From positions 38,675 to 102,674 of the forward strand of contig CAWBPO010000001.1 of the NCBI GenBank assembly GCA_963790795.1: a stretch of DNA of 64,000 nucleotides. Direction: 5' to 3'. Position numbers and translations under genes: made by a program. Under the pieces are notes generated by a model that saw only the letters and a program-made list of their open reading frames with translations, was not told the origin of the DNA and made no database searches. This document shows positions 45,062 to 59,178 of this stretch, piece after piece; position 1 is the stretch's first letter; each line of letters starts with the position of its first letter. Source of the stretch: an uncultured bacterium. Its GTDB lineage: Bacteria > Patescibacteriota > Minisyncoccia > Minisyncoccales > RBG-13-42-11.

Positions 45062-45062
45062 T

Positions 45063-45710
45063 ATGGATAATCAAACTTTCTTTATTATTTCAATTAGTTT
45101 AGGTGTTTTTGCAATAATAGTAATAATTTTATTTGGCCTCAATATTTATTATTTGGCGAAAAAGCCTAAAGAAGAAAAGGGTGTCCTGTCTTTAAAATTT
45201 TCTGAAAAGTTCCTGCCAGAATTAGAAAAACTAATTAGCCAAGAGATAAAAAAAGCTATTTCAGAAATCAATCAAAAAGTTACCAATGAAGCAATGGAAT
45301 ATTATAAAAAACAAATGGCTGTTTTTTCTCAGGAGGCAGAAAACAAGATGGCTGATTGGGACCAAATAACTAAAAAAGAAATTTTAAAATTTAGCAATAT
45401 CTATTCTCAGGCCGAAGATTTAATATTACAAATAATAAAGAATAAGGTAGACGAATTAGGCAAGGGTCTGAATGAAAAAATCGATCGGATTTACCAATCA
45501 GTAACAGAAACTATAAACCAGCAAACTGCCCAAACCGAAAAGAATATCGAAGATTATAAAAAAGAAAAATTAAAAGAGGTAGACCAAAAAATTTATCAAA
45601 TAATAGGAGAAATAGCCAAAAAAACAATTGGAAAATCAATTGATATCTCCGACCATGAGCAATTAGTAACGGAGGTCTTGGAAAAGGCAAAGAAAGAGAA
45701 AATTTTCTAA
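45063..45710 (+). CDS. ATP synthase subunit b-like peripheral stalk protein
   Basis: N-terminal TM, long coiled coil, C-terminal IAKKTIGKSID..DHEQLV..L resembling the subunit b tail; lies before delta. Confidence 0.7.
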   Translation: MDNQTFFIISISLGVFAIIVIILFGLNIYYLAKKPKEEKGVLSLKFSEKFLPELEKLISQEIKKAISEINQKVTNEAMEYYKKQMAVFSQEAENKMADWDQITKKEILKFSNIYSQAEDLILQIIKNKVDELGKGLNEKIDRIYQSVTETINQQTAQTEKNIEDYKKEKLKEVDQKIYQIIGEIAKKTIGKSIDISDHEQLVTEVLEKAKKEKIF

Positions 45711-45722
45711 ACCGAGCACATA

Positions 45723-45962
45723 ATGTACTATGTTTATCTCATAAGAAATTTAAAAACTGGCAATACCTACATAGGCTCAACTAATGATTTAAAAAGGAGA
45801 CTCCAAGAACATAGAAATAAAAAGCCAGATTTAATTTATTATGAGGCCTACAAAGATGAAATAGATACAAGAGAAAGAGAAAAGAAATTAAAAAAACGCG
45901 ACCAAACAGTCCGAAGATTAAAAGAGAGATTAAAGTATAGCCTTAGAAAACCGAGATATTAA
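45723..45962 (+). CDS. Small standalone GIY-YIG nuclease flanked by 12-bp inverted repeats
   Basis: MYYVYLI...TYIGSTNDLKRRL.EH...LIYYEAY...REREKKLK. Confidence 0.9.
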   Translation: MYYVYLIRNLKTGNTYIGSTNDLKRRLQEHRNKKPDLIYYEAYKDEIDTREREKKLKKRDQTVRRLKERLKYSLRKPRY

Positions 45963-45986
45963 AACTTATGTACTCGGTAAAAATCA

Positions 45987-46481
45987 ATGAAGGAAATTTT
46001 TGAAAACTTGGTTAAAAAAATAATCACTAAAGATGATTTTTTACTTTTTATTGAGGAAATAAACCTACTTGAGCAGATTGTTTTTAAAAACATAGAGGTA
46101 CCTCTTTGGAAAAGAGTAAAAGGAAAGGTAGGGGAAAAATTTAGAAATGAACTTCAAAAATTAGAAGAAGAGGGCATAATCTCGGCATCTCCTAATCAAC
46201 AATTTTCTTTTTTTGATGAACTCAAAAATTATCTCCAAAAAATACCTCAGGTTAAATTAGAAATCGCCTTCGAACCTTCTGAAGATTTTCTTTTGAGAAT
46301 TAAGAAATGGTTTAAAGAAGAAAATCATCAAGAGGTAATTTTGGACATAACCATAAATCCAAAAATTGTTGGTGGAGCAATAATAGAATATCAAGGAAAT
46401 TGGCGCGATTTTTCATTAGCAAAAGAAATAGATAAATTAACCCCCCACCAAAATTTGGTGGGGGGCAAGTATTATGAGTGA
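45987..46481 (+). CDS. atpH: ATP synthase delta-like subunit (divergent)
   Basis: C-terminal VILDITINPKIVGGAIIEYQG..RDFSL matches the delta/OSCP C-domain; lies before alpha. Confidence 0.75.
   Translation: MKEIFENLVKKIITKDDFLLFIEEINLLEQIVFKNIEVPLWKRVKGKVGEKFRNELQKLEEEGIISASPNQQFSFFDELKNYLQKIPQVKLEIAFEPSEDFLLRIKKWFKEENHQEVILDITINPKIVGGAIIEYQGNWRDFSLAKEIDKLTPHQNLVGGKYYE
46441..46465. repeat. GC-rich palindrome in the 3' end of the delta-like gene
   Basis: ccccccaccaaaatttggtgggggg. Confidence 0.7.
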
Positions 46482-47949
46482 TTTTAAGAGCTTTCTGGAA
46501 AAAACAGGAGAAATAGGTCATATCGTCGGCCTCAGTTACTCCATTGTTTATATCTCTGGCCTTCCTAGCCTGAAAACAGGGGAAATGGTAATCACCGAGA
46601 ATGGAGAAAAAGGCATGGTCCATGAATTAGATAAAGAGATAGCTGAAGTTTTAATGTTTGATACCGGAAAATTAAAAGTTGGGGAAAGGGTAGTTAGAAC
46701 CGACAAGCCCTTTCAAATTCCAGTCTCTCAAGGATTTTTAGGACGAATAATTGACCCCCTTTGCCAGCCAATTGATGGTTTGGGTCCTGTATTTGGAGAA
46801 AAAAAATATTTAAGCATTCAAAGAGAAGCTCCCGGTATCACCCAGAGAGTAAGAGTAAACAAACCCCTGGAGACCGGAGTGATGGTAGTGGATTTATTAG
46901 TCCCTATTGGATATGGTCAAAGAGAATTGGTTATTGGCGACGCAAAAACTGGCAAAACTACTTTTCTTTTGCAAACCGTGGTCAATCAAGCAAAAGAAGG
47001 AATAATCTGTATTTATGTTGGGATTGGAAAAGAAACCTCGGCAGTAAAGATTATTGAAGATTATTTAAAAGAAATGAATGTTTTTGATAAAACAGTGATG
47101 GTAATTGCTACCTCCGAAAATCCCTCTACCATAAATTACCTATCCCCTTTTTCTGGAATGACTATTGCTGAATACTTCCGTGATAGAGGCGAGAAGGTAT
47201 TAATTATTTTTGATGATCTTACTAGCCACGCTAAATTTTATCGGGAAATCTCTCTATTGGTAAAAAGGGTTCCTGGTAGAGCCTCCTATCCTGGGGATAT
47301 CTTTCATATCCAGGCAGCAGTAGTTGAACGAGCCGGAAATATCAAAACTCCAGATAATAAAGAGGTAAGCATTACTGCTTTACCGGTAGCCGAAACTTTA
47401 GAAAATGATATCTCAGGTTATATTCAAACTAATCTGATGGCGATGACCGATGGCCATATTTTTTTTGACATTAATTATTTTAGAGAAAGTAAAAGACCGG
47501 CTATTAATGCTTTTCTTTCGGTCTCAAGGGTAGGGAATCAAACAAAAGAACCTTTAGATAGAGCTTTAGCCGGCTGGATAAAAAGAAATTTAGTTGAATA
47601 TCAAAGAGTAATGGAGCTTTCCCAGTTTGGAGTAGAATTATCTTTGGAAACTCAAAAACTTCTCGACCTGGGAAAGAAATTAGAGATTCTCTTTAATCAG
47701 GGTCCAAAAACAATAATTCCTCGTTCCCTCCAATTATTTCTTTTTGGCTTACTATTTTTCGGTTTTTGGGAAGATAAACCGCAAAATGTAATGAAAGTAG
47801 AAATTGATGAAATATTGAAAAAATATAAAGAAGGAGTTTTCTTTGAGGTAGAAAGTGAAATTAAAAAAATAAAAAATCTAGAGGAACTTAAAAGTTTTAT
47901 TGGAGAAATTATTCCAAAAGTAAAAGAAATTTTATATCTTCCTCTTTAA
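46474..47949 (+). CDS. atpA: F1-ATPase alpha-like subunit (divergent)
   Basis: PIGYGQRELVIGDAKTGKT, DDLTSHA..YREISL, PGRASYPGDIF, YIQTNL...TDG.IF, SVSRVG (arginine finger). Confidence 0.93.
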   Translation: MSDFKSFLEKTGEIGHIVGLSYSIVYISGLPSLKTGEMVITENGEKGMVHELDKEIAEVLMFDTGKLKVGERVVRTDKPFQIPVSQGFLGRIIDPLCQPIDGLGPVFGEKKYLSIQREAPGITQRVRVNKPLETGVMVVDLLVPIGYGQRELVIGDAKTGKTTFLLQTVVNQAKEGIICIYVGIGKETSAVKIIEDYLKEMNVFDKTVMVIATSENPSTINYLSPFSGMTIAEYFRDRGEKVLIIFDDLTSHAKFYREISLLVKRVPGRASYPGDIFHIQAAVVERAGNIKTPDNKEVSITALPVAETLENDISGYIQTNLMAMTDGHIFFDINYFRESKRPAINAFLSVSRVGNQTKEPLDRALAGWIKRNLVEYQRVMELSQFGVELSLETQKLLDLGKKLEILFNQGPKTIIPRSLQLFLFGLLFFGFWEDKPQNVMKVEIDEILKKYKEGVFFEVESEIKKIKNLEELKSFIGEIIPKVKEILYLPL

Positions 47950-47951
47950 AT

Positions 47952-50194
<2,243 letters not shown>

Positions 50195-50196
50195 TT

Positions 50197-50460
50197 ATGG
50201 AAAAAAAATCCCTTCTTGAGGTAAAAGTATTTTGCTCACCGGTTATTGAAAAAGAACCCTTCAGAGGAACAGCCGAAGCAGTTTCTTCTCAAAATAAATT
50301 GGGTAAATTTGATATACTCCCCAGACACACCAATTTTATTACTCTTATTTTTGGAACCTTAACCATTTATACTCCTGATAAAAAAAATTTCGCCTACCAA
50401 TTTGAAAGAGGAGTATTAGAGGTAAGTGAAAATAAAGTAAATGTTTTTTTGGGATTATGA
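50197..50460 (+). CDS. atpC: F1 epsilon-like subunit, N-terminal beta-sandwich only
   Basis: G.FDILPRHTNFIT, GVLEVSENKV.V; stops before the C-terminal helical hairpin. Confidence 0.8.
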   Translation: MEKKSLLEVKVFCSPVIEKEPFRGTAEAVSSQNKLGKFDILPRHTNFITLIFGTLTIYTPDKKNFAYQFERGVLEVSENKVNVFLGL

Positions 50461-50487
50461 AGAAACTTTGCTAAAATAATTAAAAGG

Positions 50488-50880
50488 ATGAAGCCGAAAA
50501 TTCTTATAATTGAAGACGATAAACCGACTATTAATCTTTTTGAAGAAGTTTTCTCAATGGCTGGATTTGAAATTGAAGTTTTGGACTTAGGCCAAAAAGC
50601 AATTGAGAGACTGAAAGAAATTAGGGAAGGAAAAAAAGAAAAGCCGGATTTAATTTTATTAGATTTAATTTTGCCGGATATGAATGGTATTTCAGTTTTA
50701 AAAGAAGCTAGAAAATATCCCGAAACGAAAAACCTTAAAATCTATGCCTTAACTAACTATAGCAACCCCGAATCCAATCAAGAACTTACCAACGAAGGAA
50801 TTGATAAAATTTTAATTAAAGTTCAATATTCCCTCAATGAGTTAATTAAAATAATTAAAGAAGGCCTGAAATCAAAATAA
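50488..50880 (+). CDS. Single-domain response regulator (receiver)
   Basis: ILIIEDD, PDLILLDLILPDMNG, ALTN, conserved Lys. Confidence 0.92.
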   Translation: MKPKILIIEDDKPTINLFEEVFSMAGFEIEVLDLGQKAIERLKEIREGKKEKPDLILLDLILPDMNGISVLKEARKYPETKNLKIYALTNYSNPESNQELTNEGIDKILIKVQYSLNELIKIIKEGLKSK

Positions 50881-50899
50881 TCAAAATTCTTTACTTTTT

Positions 50900-52477
50900 A
50901 TGCAAAAAGAATATTTAATTCTATTTTCTATTTTAATAAGTTTTATAATAGGATTATCTGTATTTGTATATTTAAAAGAGAGAAACAGACAAACTGGGTC
51001 TCATTTTCTAATTTTTGCTATTATTATAACCCTATGGTCTATCTCTTTATATTTTTATAATAATCCTATTTTACTGAGCGCATTTGAATGGTTGAAAATA
51101 ACCTTATCTCTGACGATTGTTGGTATTTTTGAACTTTTTTGTTTTATTATTGTTATTTCCAATATTTCCTTTAAAAAATTTAAGATTTCTTTAATTATAT
51201 CTTTCATTTTAAGTGTAGCTATAATTTTAGCGCTTTTTATAAGTGGTTTGATGATTGAGGAAAAAAGCTATTTGATGATGCTTCATCCCCGATCTGCAAT
51301 CTTTTTTTTATTACTTTTTATCTACGGAGCTTTTGGAGCAGCGATTTTATTTGAAAGGTCCCTTAAAAGTTCAAGTGTCAAACATTTACAGGCTATGTAT
51401 ATATTGGTTGGGTTTGGGTTCTTTTTAATCTCTATTACCGTTTTAAATGTTTTTATTCCTTTAGTTACCGGGTCAAGAGAGTATCTTTGGCTGGGTCCTA
51501 TTTTTGCTCTTTTTTTAGTTGGTTTTTTAGCTTTTGCTATTATTCGTTATTATCTTTTTGAAACCAGGGTCATTTTGATGAAGTTGTTTGTGGGGGCGAT
51601 AGGAACAACTTTGCTAATCTTGCCTTTTTTAATACCGAGTTTTAACTTAAAAATTCTTACTACTATTATTTTTCTTTTATTCTGCATTTTGGGGTATTAC
51701 TTAATTAAAGTAACTCATAAAGAATCTAAAAGAAGAGAAGAAGCGGAAAGATTAGCAAGAGAATGGGAAAAATTGGCTCAAACAAAAGATCAATTTTTAT
51801 TATCGCTTCAACACCACCTCAGAACCCCCGTTGCTCCAATTAAAGGATATTTAGAGATGATTTTAGAAGGAACTTATGGCCGAGAGGAAAACCCTGTCAT
51901 TAGAGAAAAACTCATTGAAATGAAAAAATTAGTTGATACTTTGTATTTTCTAATAGAAAGTTTATTAGATATCCAAGAGTTGAGAATGGGGGGAAAAACT
52001 TTGAATTTAGAAAATTGTCAAATTGAAAATTTAATCGAAAGTATCGTTGAGGAATTAAAACCGCAGGCAGAACAAAAAGGTCTTTACTTAAAGTTTGAAA
52101 AAGTCTCTTTACCAACGATAAAGTTAGACAAAAAGAGAATCAGAGAGGCAATCTGGAACTTAGTTGATAATGCCATTAAATACACAAATCGAGGAGGGGT
52201 TACTATCACATCAAAAATTGAAGATGGAAAATTAAAGATTGCTATTTCTGATACCGGTATTGGTATGGAAAAAGAAGAGATTGAATATTTTTTAAAAGGA
52301 AAGCTTTTTGAAAGAGGAATAGAAGCTAAAAAACTTTACGGTCCTGGTAGAGGAATAGGATTAAGTATCTCTACTGAATTTGTTAAAGCTCACGGCGGTA
52401 AAATCTGGGCGGAATCGGAGGGCTGGGGTAAGGGAACAACTTTTTGGATTGGATTACCAATTTCCTTTTTGCTATAG
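50900..52477 (+). CDS. Multi-TM sensor histidine kinase
   Basis: Multiple N-terminal TMs; QHHLRTP H-box, NLVDNAIKYT, DTGIG, GRGIGL, HGGKIW. Confidence 0.93.
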   Translation: MQKEYLILFSILISFIIGLSVFVYLKERNRQTGSHFLIFAIIITLWSISLYFYNNPILLSAFEWLKITLSLTIVGIFELFCFIIVISNISFKKFKISLIISFILSVAIILALFISGLMIEEKSYLMMLHPRSAIFFLLLFIYGAFGAAILFERSLKSSSVKHLQAMYILVGFGFFLISITVLNVFIPLVTGSREYLWLGPIFALFLVGFLAFAIIRYYLFETRVILMKLFVGAIGTTLLILPFLIPSFNLKILTTIIFLLFCILGYYLIKVTHKESKRREEAERLAREWEKLAQTKDQFLLSLQHHLRTPVAPIKGYLEMILEGTYGREENPVIREKLIEMKKLVDTLYFLIESLLDIQELRMGGKTLNLENCQIENLIESIVEELKPQAEQKGLYLKFEKVSLPTIKLDKKRIREAIWNLVDNAIKYTNRGGVTITSKIEDGKLKIAISDTGIGMEKEEIEYFLKGKLFERGIEAKKLYGPGRGIGLSISTEFVKAHGGKIWAESEGWGKGTTFWIGLPISFLL

Positions 52478-52516
52478 CGAACTTCGTTCGATATATCAAA
52501 CTGCGGTTTGCTATAG
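52471..52516 (+). repeat. Third copy of the ~41-bp double-hairpin repeat, at a convergent gene junction
   Basis: gctatagcgaacttcgttcgatatatcaaactgcggtttgctatag. Confidence 0.8.
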
Positions 52517-52519
52517 GGT

Positions 52520-54850
52520 TTATTTTTGAATCTCAATTTCGGGTGGAGTTTCTTGGATGGGAGGTTGGGAAAGAGTTATCCCTTCTAAAGCTGGTAAACC
52601 TTTTTCAAGATTTTCCAAAATTTTCTTTATCTCTTGGTTTTGGGGATTCAATTGGGCCAATGTCTCAAATTCCTTTTTGGCTTTTTCTTTCTTCCCCATT
52701 TTATCGTAAACTAAGCCCAACATATATCTAGCATTAGAATAATCGGAATTTAAATTTACCGCCCTCTCAAATTCTTCTTGAGCTTTTTCGAATTGCTGCG
52801 ATCTCCAATAAAGCGACCCCAGTTGAAAAGCTACTCCCGGATCTTGAGGGGTAATTGTTTTTGTTTCCTCCAATTTCGAAATCGCCTGGTCGCTTTCTCC
52901 TTGTTGGTCATAAACCACTGCCAAAAGATAATGAGCGGGGGCATAATCCGGTTTTAATTCAATGGCAGCTTCTAGATTTTCAACTGCCAGGTCAAGATTT
53001 TCTCGGCGAAGTTCTTCTTGTCCTTTTTGAGAAAGTCCTTGAGCTATTAAAATATAAACTCTTCCTCTTTCCCCGAAAGCGAAAGGAGAGGCAGGTTCCA
53101 ATTGGATTGCTTTTTGATATGAACCCAGGGCTAATTCTCCTCCTCCTTCAATTCCAATTAAGTTCCGGTAAAAAAATCCTCTCACATTCCAATTGGCGAC
53201 ATTCATTGGGGCGGCATTTATCGCTTGGTTTATGGCTCCAGCTCCATCGACAATTGCCAGATTGGCTAACCTTCTCTTTTCTTCAAGAGATAAATTAGGG
53301 TCTTGGGAAATTAAATTAGTTTTAGCCAGATAAAGTTGAGAGAGATCTCGCCAATAAGTATCGATAGAGGGATTTAACTCTCCTGCTCTCTTTATATGAT
53401 CAATCGCTTGAGTAAGGTTTCCAGCCTGAGAAGCTTCAACCCCTTTTAAATATTTCATTTCGGCAAAATATTTCTGTCCCTGAAGAAAAAATAAACTCAA
53501 ACTGAAAATAATAACTATTATCAAAATTGAGTTTGCAAAAATCATTTTAGAAGGAGAAGAAAGATTTATCTGGGTTAATTTCGGGCTAAAATAGAACAGA
53601 AATCCACCGACAAAAAACCAGAAAATGAAATAAAGGACAAAATTAAATGGATAAAAGAAGCTGGCAACAATTAAACTTAGAATTCCAGCCACCAATCCAA
53701 GTTTTATTTCAAAAAAATCTTCTTTACCCTCAATTTTTCTTAAATATTTTAAAAGCGAGCGGATTATTAAAAGATAAAGAAAGAGCAAACTGATTCCCCC
53801 CAAGACCCCTTTAGTTAAAATCCAATCTAAAAATGTTGAATTTCCTTTCAAAAATCTCGTTCCCCAAAATATCGTCTGATTAAGTAAGGGAGAATGATAT
53901 TGAGAATAGTCAAAAACGAAAGTTCCGGGCCCTGTTCCTAAAATTATATTTTTCACTCCTTCGCTGAAGGCGCCTTTTAAAATATAAATTTCCGAGCTAG
54001 GATTAAGAGAAACTTCAAGGGGCAAAATAGGAAATCCCGGCAAGGGAATTGGAAAGAAGTAGAAAAAGATAGAAAGAATTAACCCAGCCATTAGAAAGGA
54101 AACTAAACTTAGCTTGATTTTCTCTTTTTGATTTCCAAAGCTAAAGATAAATAAAACTAAAATACCAACTATTAAACTAATCCAAGCAGTTTTAAAATTT
54201 ACTAAAATAACATTTCCAAAGAGAACAAAAGTAATTACTCCTAAAATTATTTTTAAAAAACTTTTTGCTCTAAAGGTTAGAAGTAAAGATAATGGTAAAA
54301 GAGCGACTGCAAAAATAGCAAAACTGTTTGTGGTTCCAATGGTATTAAAAGAAGAGATTCTTGTAAAATCAAACGGAAATGGGAAGATTTTATAAAGTTG
54401 GAAAATATTAATGATTCCACAAATTCCTCCCGATAAAAGGAGGGGGAATAATAAAGAAAGGAATTCATTTTTTGTCTCAAGGGAGTTGATGATGAGAAAA
54501 GCTAAAATTAAAAAGGAAAAGAAAAAGAGAAAACTATCGGCAATATCTAAAGGAAGACCCCAAAAAGAGGCTTCTGGCCAAAAAGAAAAGAGACAAGAAA
54601 ATAAAAGAGAGAGAAAAATTAGAAAGAAAGAAAAATAAAAAATTTTATTCTCTCTTAAGACTAATTTCCCTTCGAATATCTTTTTCCCCAGCCAGCCAAT
54701 TAAACTCAGAAAAATCAAGATTAAAGCTAAAGATTGTTTTGGAAAATCCAAAACATCTTGAGTAAAGGGTAAGAAGAAAATGGGAATTAAAAATAAAAGT
54801 AAGTAAAGGGGAATTTTATTTAATTTATTAAAAAAGGAAACCAAGTTCAT
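52520..54850 (-). CDS. Polytopic membrane protein, O-antigen-ligase-like region plus TPR repeats (paralog of 14178-16514)
   Basis: Many TMs, GTGPGTF motif, TPRs (AHYLLAVVY, VAFQLGSLY, ARYMLGLVY). Confidence 0.75.
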   Translation of the reverse strand: MNLVSFFNKLNKIPLYLLLFLIPIFFLPFTQDVLDFPKQSLALILIFLSLIGWLGKKIFEGKLVLRENKIFYFSFFLIFLSLLFSCLFSFWPEASFWGLPLDIADSFLFFFSFLILAFLIINSLETKNEFLSLLFPLLLSGGICGIINIFQLYKIFPFPFDFTRISSFNTIGTTNSFAIFAVALLPLSLLLTFRAKSFLKIILGVITFVLFGNVILVNFKTAWISLIVGILVLFIFSFGNQKEKIKLSLVSFLMAGLILSIFFYFFPIPLPGFPILPLEVSLNPSSEIYILKGAFSEGVKNIILGTGPGTFVFDYSQYHSPLLNQTIFWGTRFLKGNSTFLDWILTKGVLGGISLLFLYLLIIRSLLKYLRKIEGKEDFFEIKLGLVAGILSLIVASFFYPFNFVLYFIFWFFVGGFLFYFSPKLTQINLSSPSKMIFANSILIIVIIFSLSLFFLQGQKYFAEMKYLKGVEASQAGNLTQAIDHIKRAGELNPSIDTYWRDLSQLYLAKTNLISQDPNLSLEEKRRLANLAIVDGAGAINQAINAAPMNVANWNVRGFFYRNLIGIEGGGELALGSYQKAIQLEPASPFAFGERGRVYILIAQGLSQKGQEELRRENLDLAVENLEAAIELKPDYAPAHYLLAVVYDQQGESDQAISKLEETKTITPQDPGVAFQLGSLYWRSQQFEKAQEEFERAVNLNSDYSNARYMLGLVYDKMGKKEKAKKEFETLAQLNPQNQEIKKILENLEKGLPALEGITLSQPPIQETPPEIEIQK

Positions 54851-54877
54851 ATTACATCTATATTATATCATACTTTA

Positions 54878-54906
54878 ATTTTAATGCCTTGCAAATAAAA
54901 TGTCAA
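54878..54906 (-). promoter_or_regulatory. Sigma70-type promoter for the TPR membrane gene
   Basis: TTGACA-17 bp-TAAAAT on the minus strand; also TGnTATAAT at 54862-54870. Confidence 0.6.
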
Positions 54907-54918
54907 TCTGCCAACTGA

Positions 54919-55998
54919 TCAGTGAGTTTTAATACTTTGGAGAATTCCAATAGCGCAAAGATTGGCAATTAAGCCCGAACCACCATAACTTACTAATGGT
55001 AGAGAGATGCCTATTATGGGAAAAATACCTAAATTCATACCGATATGGATAAAAATCTGAGAAATTAAAAGGACGGAAAGACCGATAGCAAAAAGCCGGG
55101 GAAAATTTGTCTGGCTGGATAGAGCAATTTTTATAATCCTCCATATTAAAATTAAAAATAAAAAAAGGAGAACCGATACGCCTATTAAGCCAAATTCTTC
55201 GGCAATTGCCGAGAAAATAAAGTCGTTTTGAGGTTCGGGTAAAAAGCCATATTGGGTCTGAGAGCCCTTTCCAAAACCCTGGCCCAAAATTCCGCCAGAA
55301 CCAATGGCAATTTCCGCCTGGTTCTGGCTCCAGCCAGCTCCCAAAGGATCAAAAGGAGTAATAAAGCTGATGATTCTTTGTTTTTGATAATCCTTTATTA
55401 AAAAAGACCAACACAAAGTTAAAATCAAAATACCACAAAGAAGCAAAATTAAAAAATGGCGGAGCTTTATTCCGGAAGCAATCAACACTCCTATCCATAA
55501 AGCAACCAAAATTATTACTGAACCCAAATCTGGCTGGAAAAAAGCTAAACAAACCGGCAATAAAATATAGAAACCGGAAAGGAGAATATGTTTGACCCTG
55601 TACATCTCAATGTGTCGCATTGAAAAATATTTTGCCAATAAAATGATTAAAATAATTTTCATGAACTCTATCGGGTCAATAGAAAGGGACCCGACTTTGT
55701 ACCACTTCTGCACTCCTCTGATTTCCGGCGCAAGAAAAAACAAACCGATCAAACCCAAAATGCAAACAAAATACAGAATCAAAATCAAATAGCTGTTTTC
55801 CCTGAAAATTCTCCAATCAAAAAAACAAAAAAAGAACATCAGAAAAATTCCTATACCAAAAAAGATAAGCTGCTTTCCAAAATTCAAAAAATCCTCTTTG
55901 CCGATAGACGAACTATAGAGAGACAAAAGCCCGAAACCGACCAGTAAAAAAGTGACAACGATTAATATCCAATCTAATTGTTTTAAACTTCTCCACAT
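54919..55998 (-). CDS. rodA: SEDS family peptidoglycan glycosyltransferase RodA/FtsW
   Basis: QPDLGS, AIGSGG..G.G, FLPEPQNDFIFSAIAEEFG, LPLVSYGGS. Confidence 0.9.
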   Translation of the reverse strand: MWRSLKQLDWILIVVTFLLVGFGLLSLYSSSIGKEDFLNFGKQLIFFGIGIFLMFFFCFFDWRIFRENSYLILILYFVCILGLIGLFFLAPEIRGVQKWYKVGSLSIDPIEFMKIILIILLAKYFSMRHIEMYRVKHILLSGFYILLPVCLAFFQPDLGSVIILVALWIGVLIASGIKLRHFLILLLCGILILTLCWSFLIKDYQKQRIISFITPFDPLGAGWSQNQAEIAIGSGGILGQGFGKGSQTQYGFLPEPQNDFIFSAIAEEFGLIGVSVLLFLFLILIWRIIKIALSSQTNFPRLFAIGLSVLLISQIFIHIGMNLGIFPIIGISLPLVSYGGSGLIANLCAIGILQSIKTH

Positions 55999-56045
55999 AT
56001 AACTAAGCTTCGCAGAGGCCCGTCCTCTGTTTGCTAAAAATTAAG

Positions 56046-58127
<2,082 letters not shown>

Positions 58128-58194
58128 AATATATGTCATATATATTATATAATAAAAAAGGCCCATTTCGGAGAGGGGTCGGGAGAACCTACCA

Positions 58195-58617
58195 CTAGTA
58201 TTCCACTTCAATTGCTCTTTTGGCTGTCTGAAAAGCACCGACTGACTTTATACAGAAATTTAAAGTAGGGCACTCTTCTGCTGTGGCAGCAACCGGTATT
58301 ACATTGTAAAGTTCTCCTCCTGGCTGGCAGTCAGCATTGCTTTCGCTGCATTTTACTGAAACACTGTAAGACGCGCTATTGGTCATGACATCGCTATAGG
58401 CAGAGTTGTGACTTTCTAGTTTATACAAGTCGTAAATCTGCTGTTCAACCCCAGAATCAGCTGCATAGAAAGAAACAACTGAATCTCCTATGTTTTCCGA
58501 TATTTTGATTTGCTGGATTAAAATCCCGCTAATTCCCAAACCAATTGCTAAAATCACGCTCATAATCAAAACTACCAAAAACAATGCTACTCCTTTTTCT
58601 TGTGTTGCGTTTTTCAT
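58195..58617 (-). CDS. PilX-like minor pilin
   Basis: KG|VALFLV prepilin-like N-terminus without Glu5; FYAADSGVE; C-terminal SVG...KRAIEV. Confidence 0.8.
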   Translation of the reverse strand: MKNATQEKGVALFLVVLIMSVILAIGLGISGILIQQIKISENIGDSVVSFYAADSGVEQQIYDLYKLESHNSAYSDVMTNSASYSVSVKCSESNADCQPGGELYNVIPVAATAEECPTLNFCIKSVGAFQTAKRAIEVEY

Positions 58618-58621
58618 AATT

Positions 58622-59174
58622 TTAATATCTAATGTCTAAGTTTCTCTGGGAAACGGAAGTTTGTATTTTCATTGTCGGCTGAAGCTCAGGCAATGTTCCT
58701 CTTTTTCCTTTTATTTTCAAAAATAGCGTTACTTTGGGCTGATAAGCGTCGTCTTGACTCCAAGTGTCCTCCCCGCCAAGAACAAAGGAAACCACTTCTA
58801 TACTGCTGGCAGTCAAAGGAATGCCAGTGCCTTTTCCGCTTGTTTCTTTTAGACGATTATCAATAGTGTCCCAATAAAATTCCTGGCATTCTCCCTCATA
58901 ATTTTTAAAGGCTATGCCTTTTCCAGTCTCTTGTGGTCTCATAATTCATATTGGCAGTAATACAAGAACCGGTTAAATCCTTTTTAGCCATTCTCAAAGC
59001 CCGGCTGATGTATTCCAAAGTATAGGAAACATTGTCATAAAGCTCTTGAGAAGCCAAAGCTTTCTGCTGCCCTTTCAAAGCACTGACAAAAAATCCGGTA
59101 GGAGCGGCAATAACCACCGTGAAAACCGCCAAAGCCACCAAAAGTTCTATTAATGTGTAACCGTTTTTCCTCAT
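58622..59174 (-). CDS. PilW-like minor pilin (frameshift near 58926)
   Basis: G|YTLIELLV N-methylation motif; EYISRALRMA; continues in ORF 58622-58942 ending QTSVSQRN. Confidence 0.82.
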
Positions 59175-59178
59175 AATG

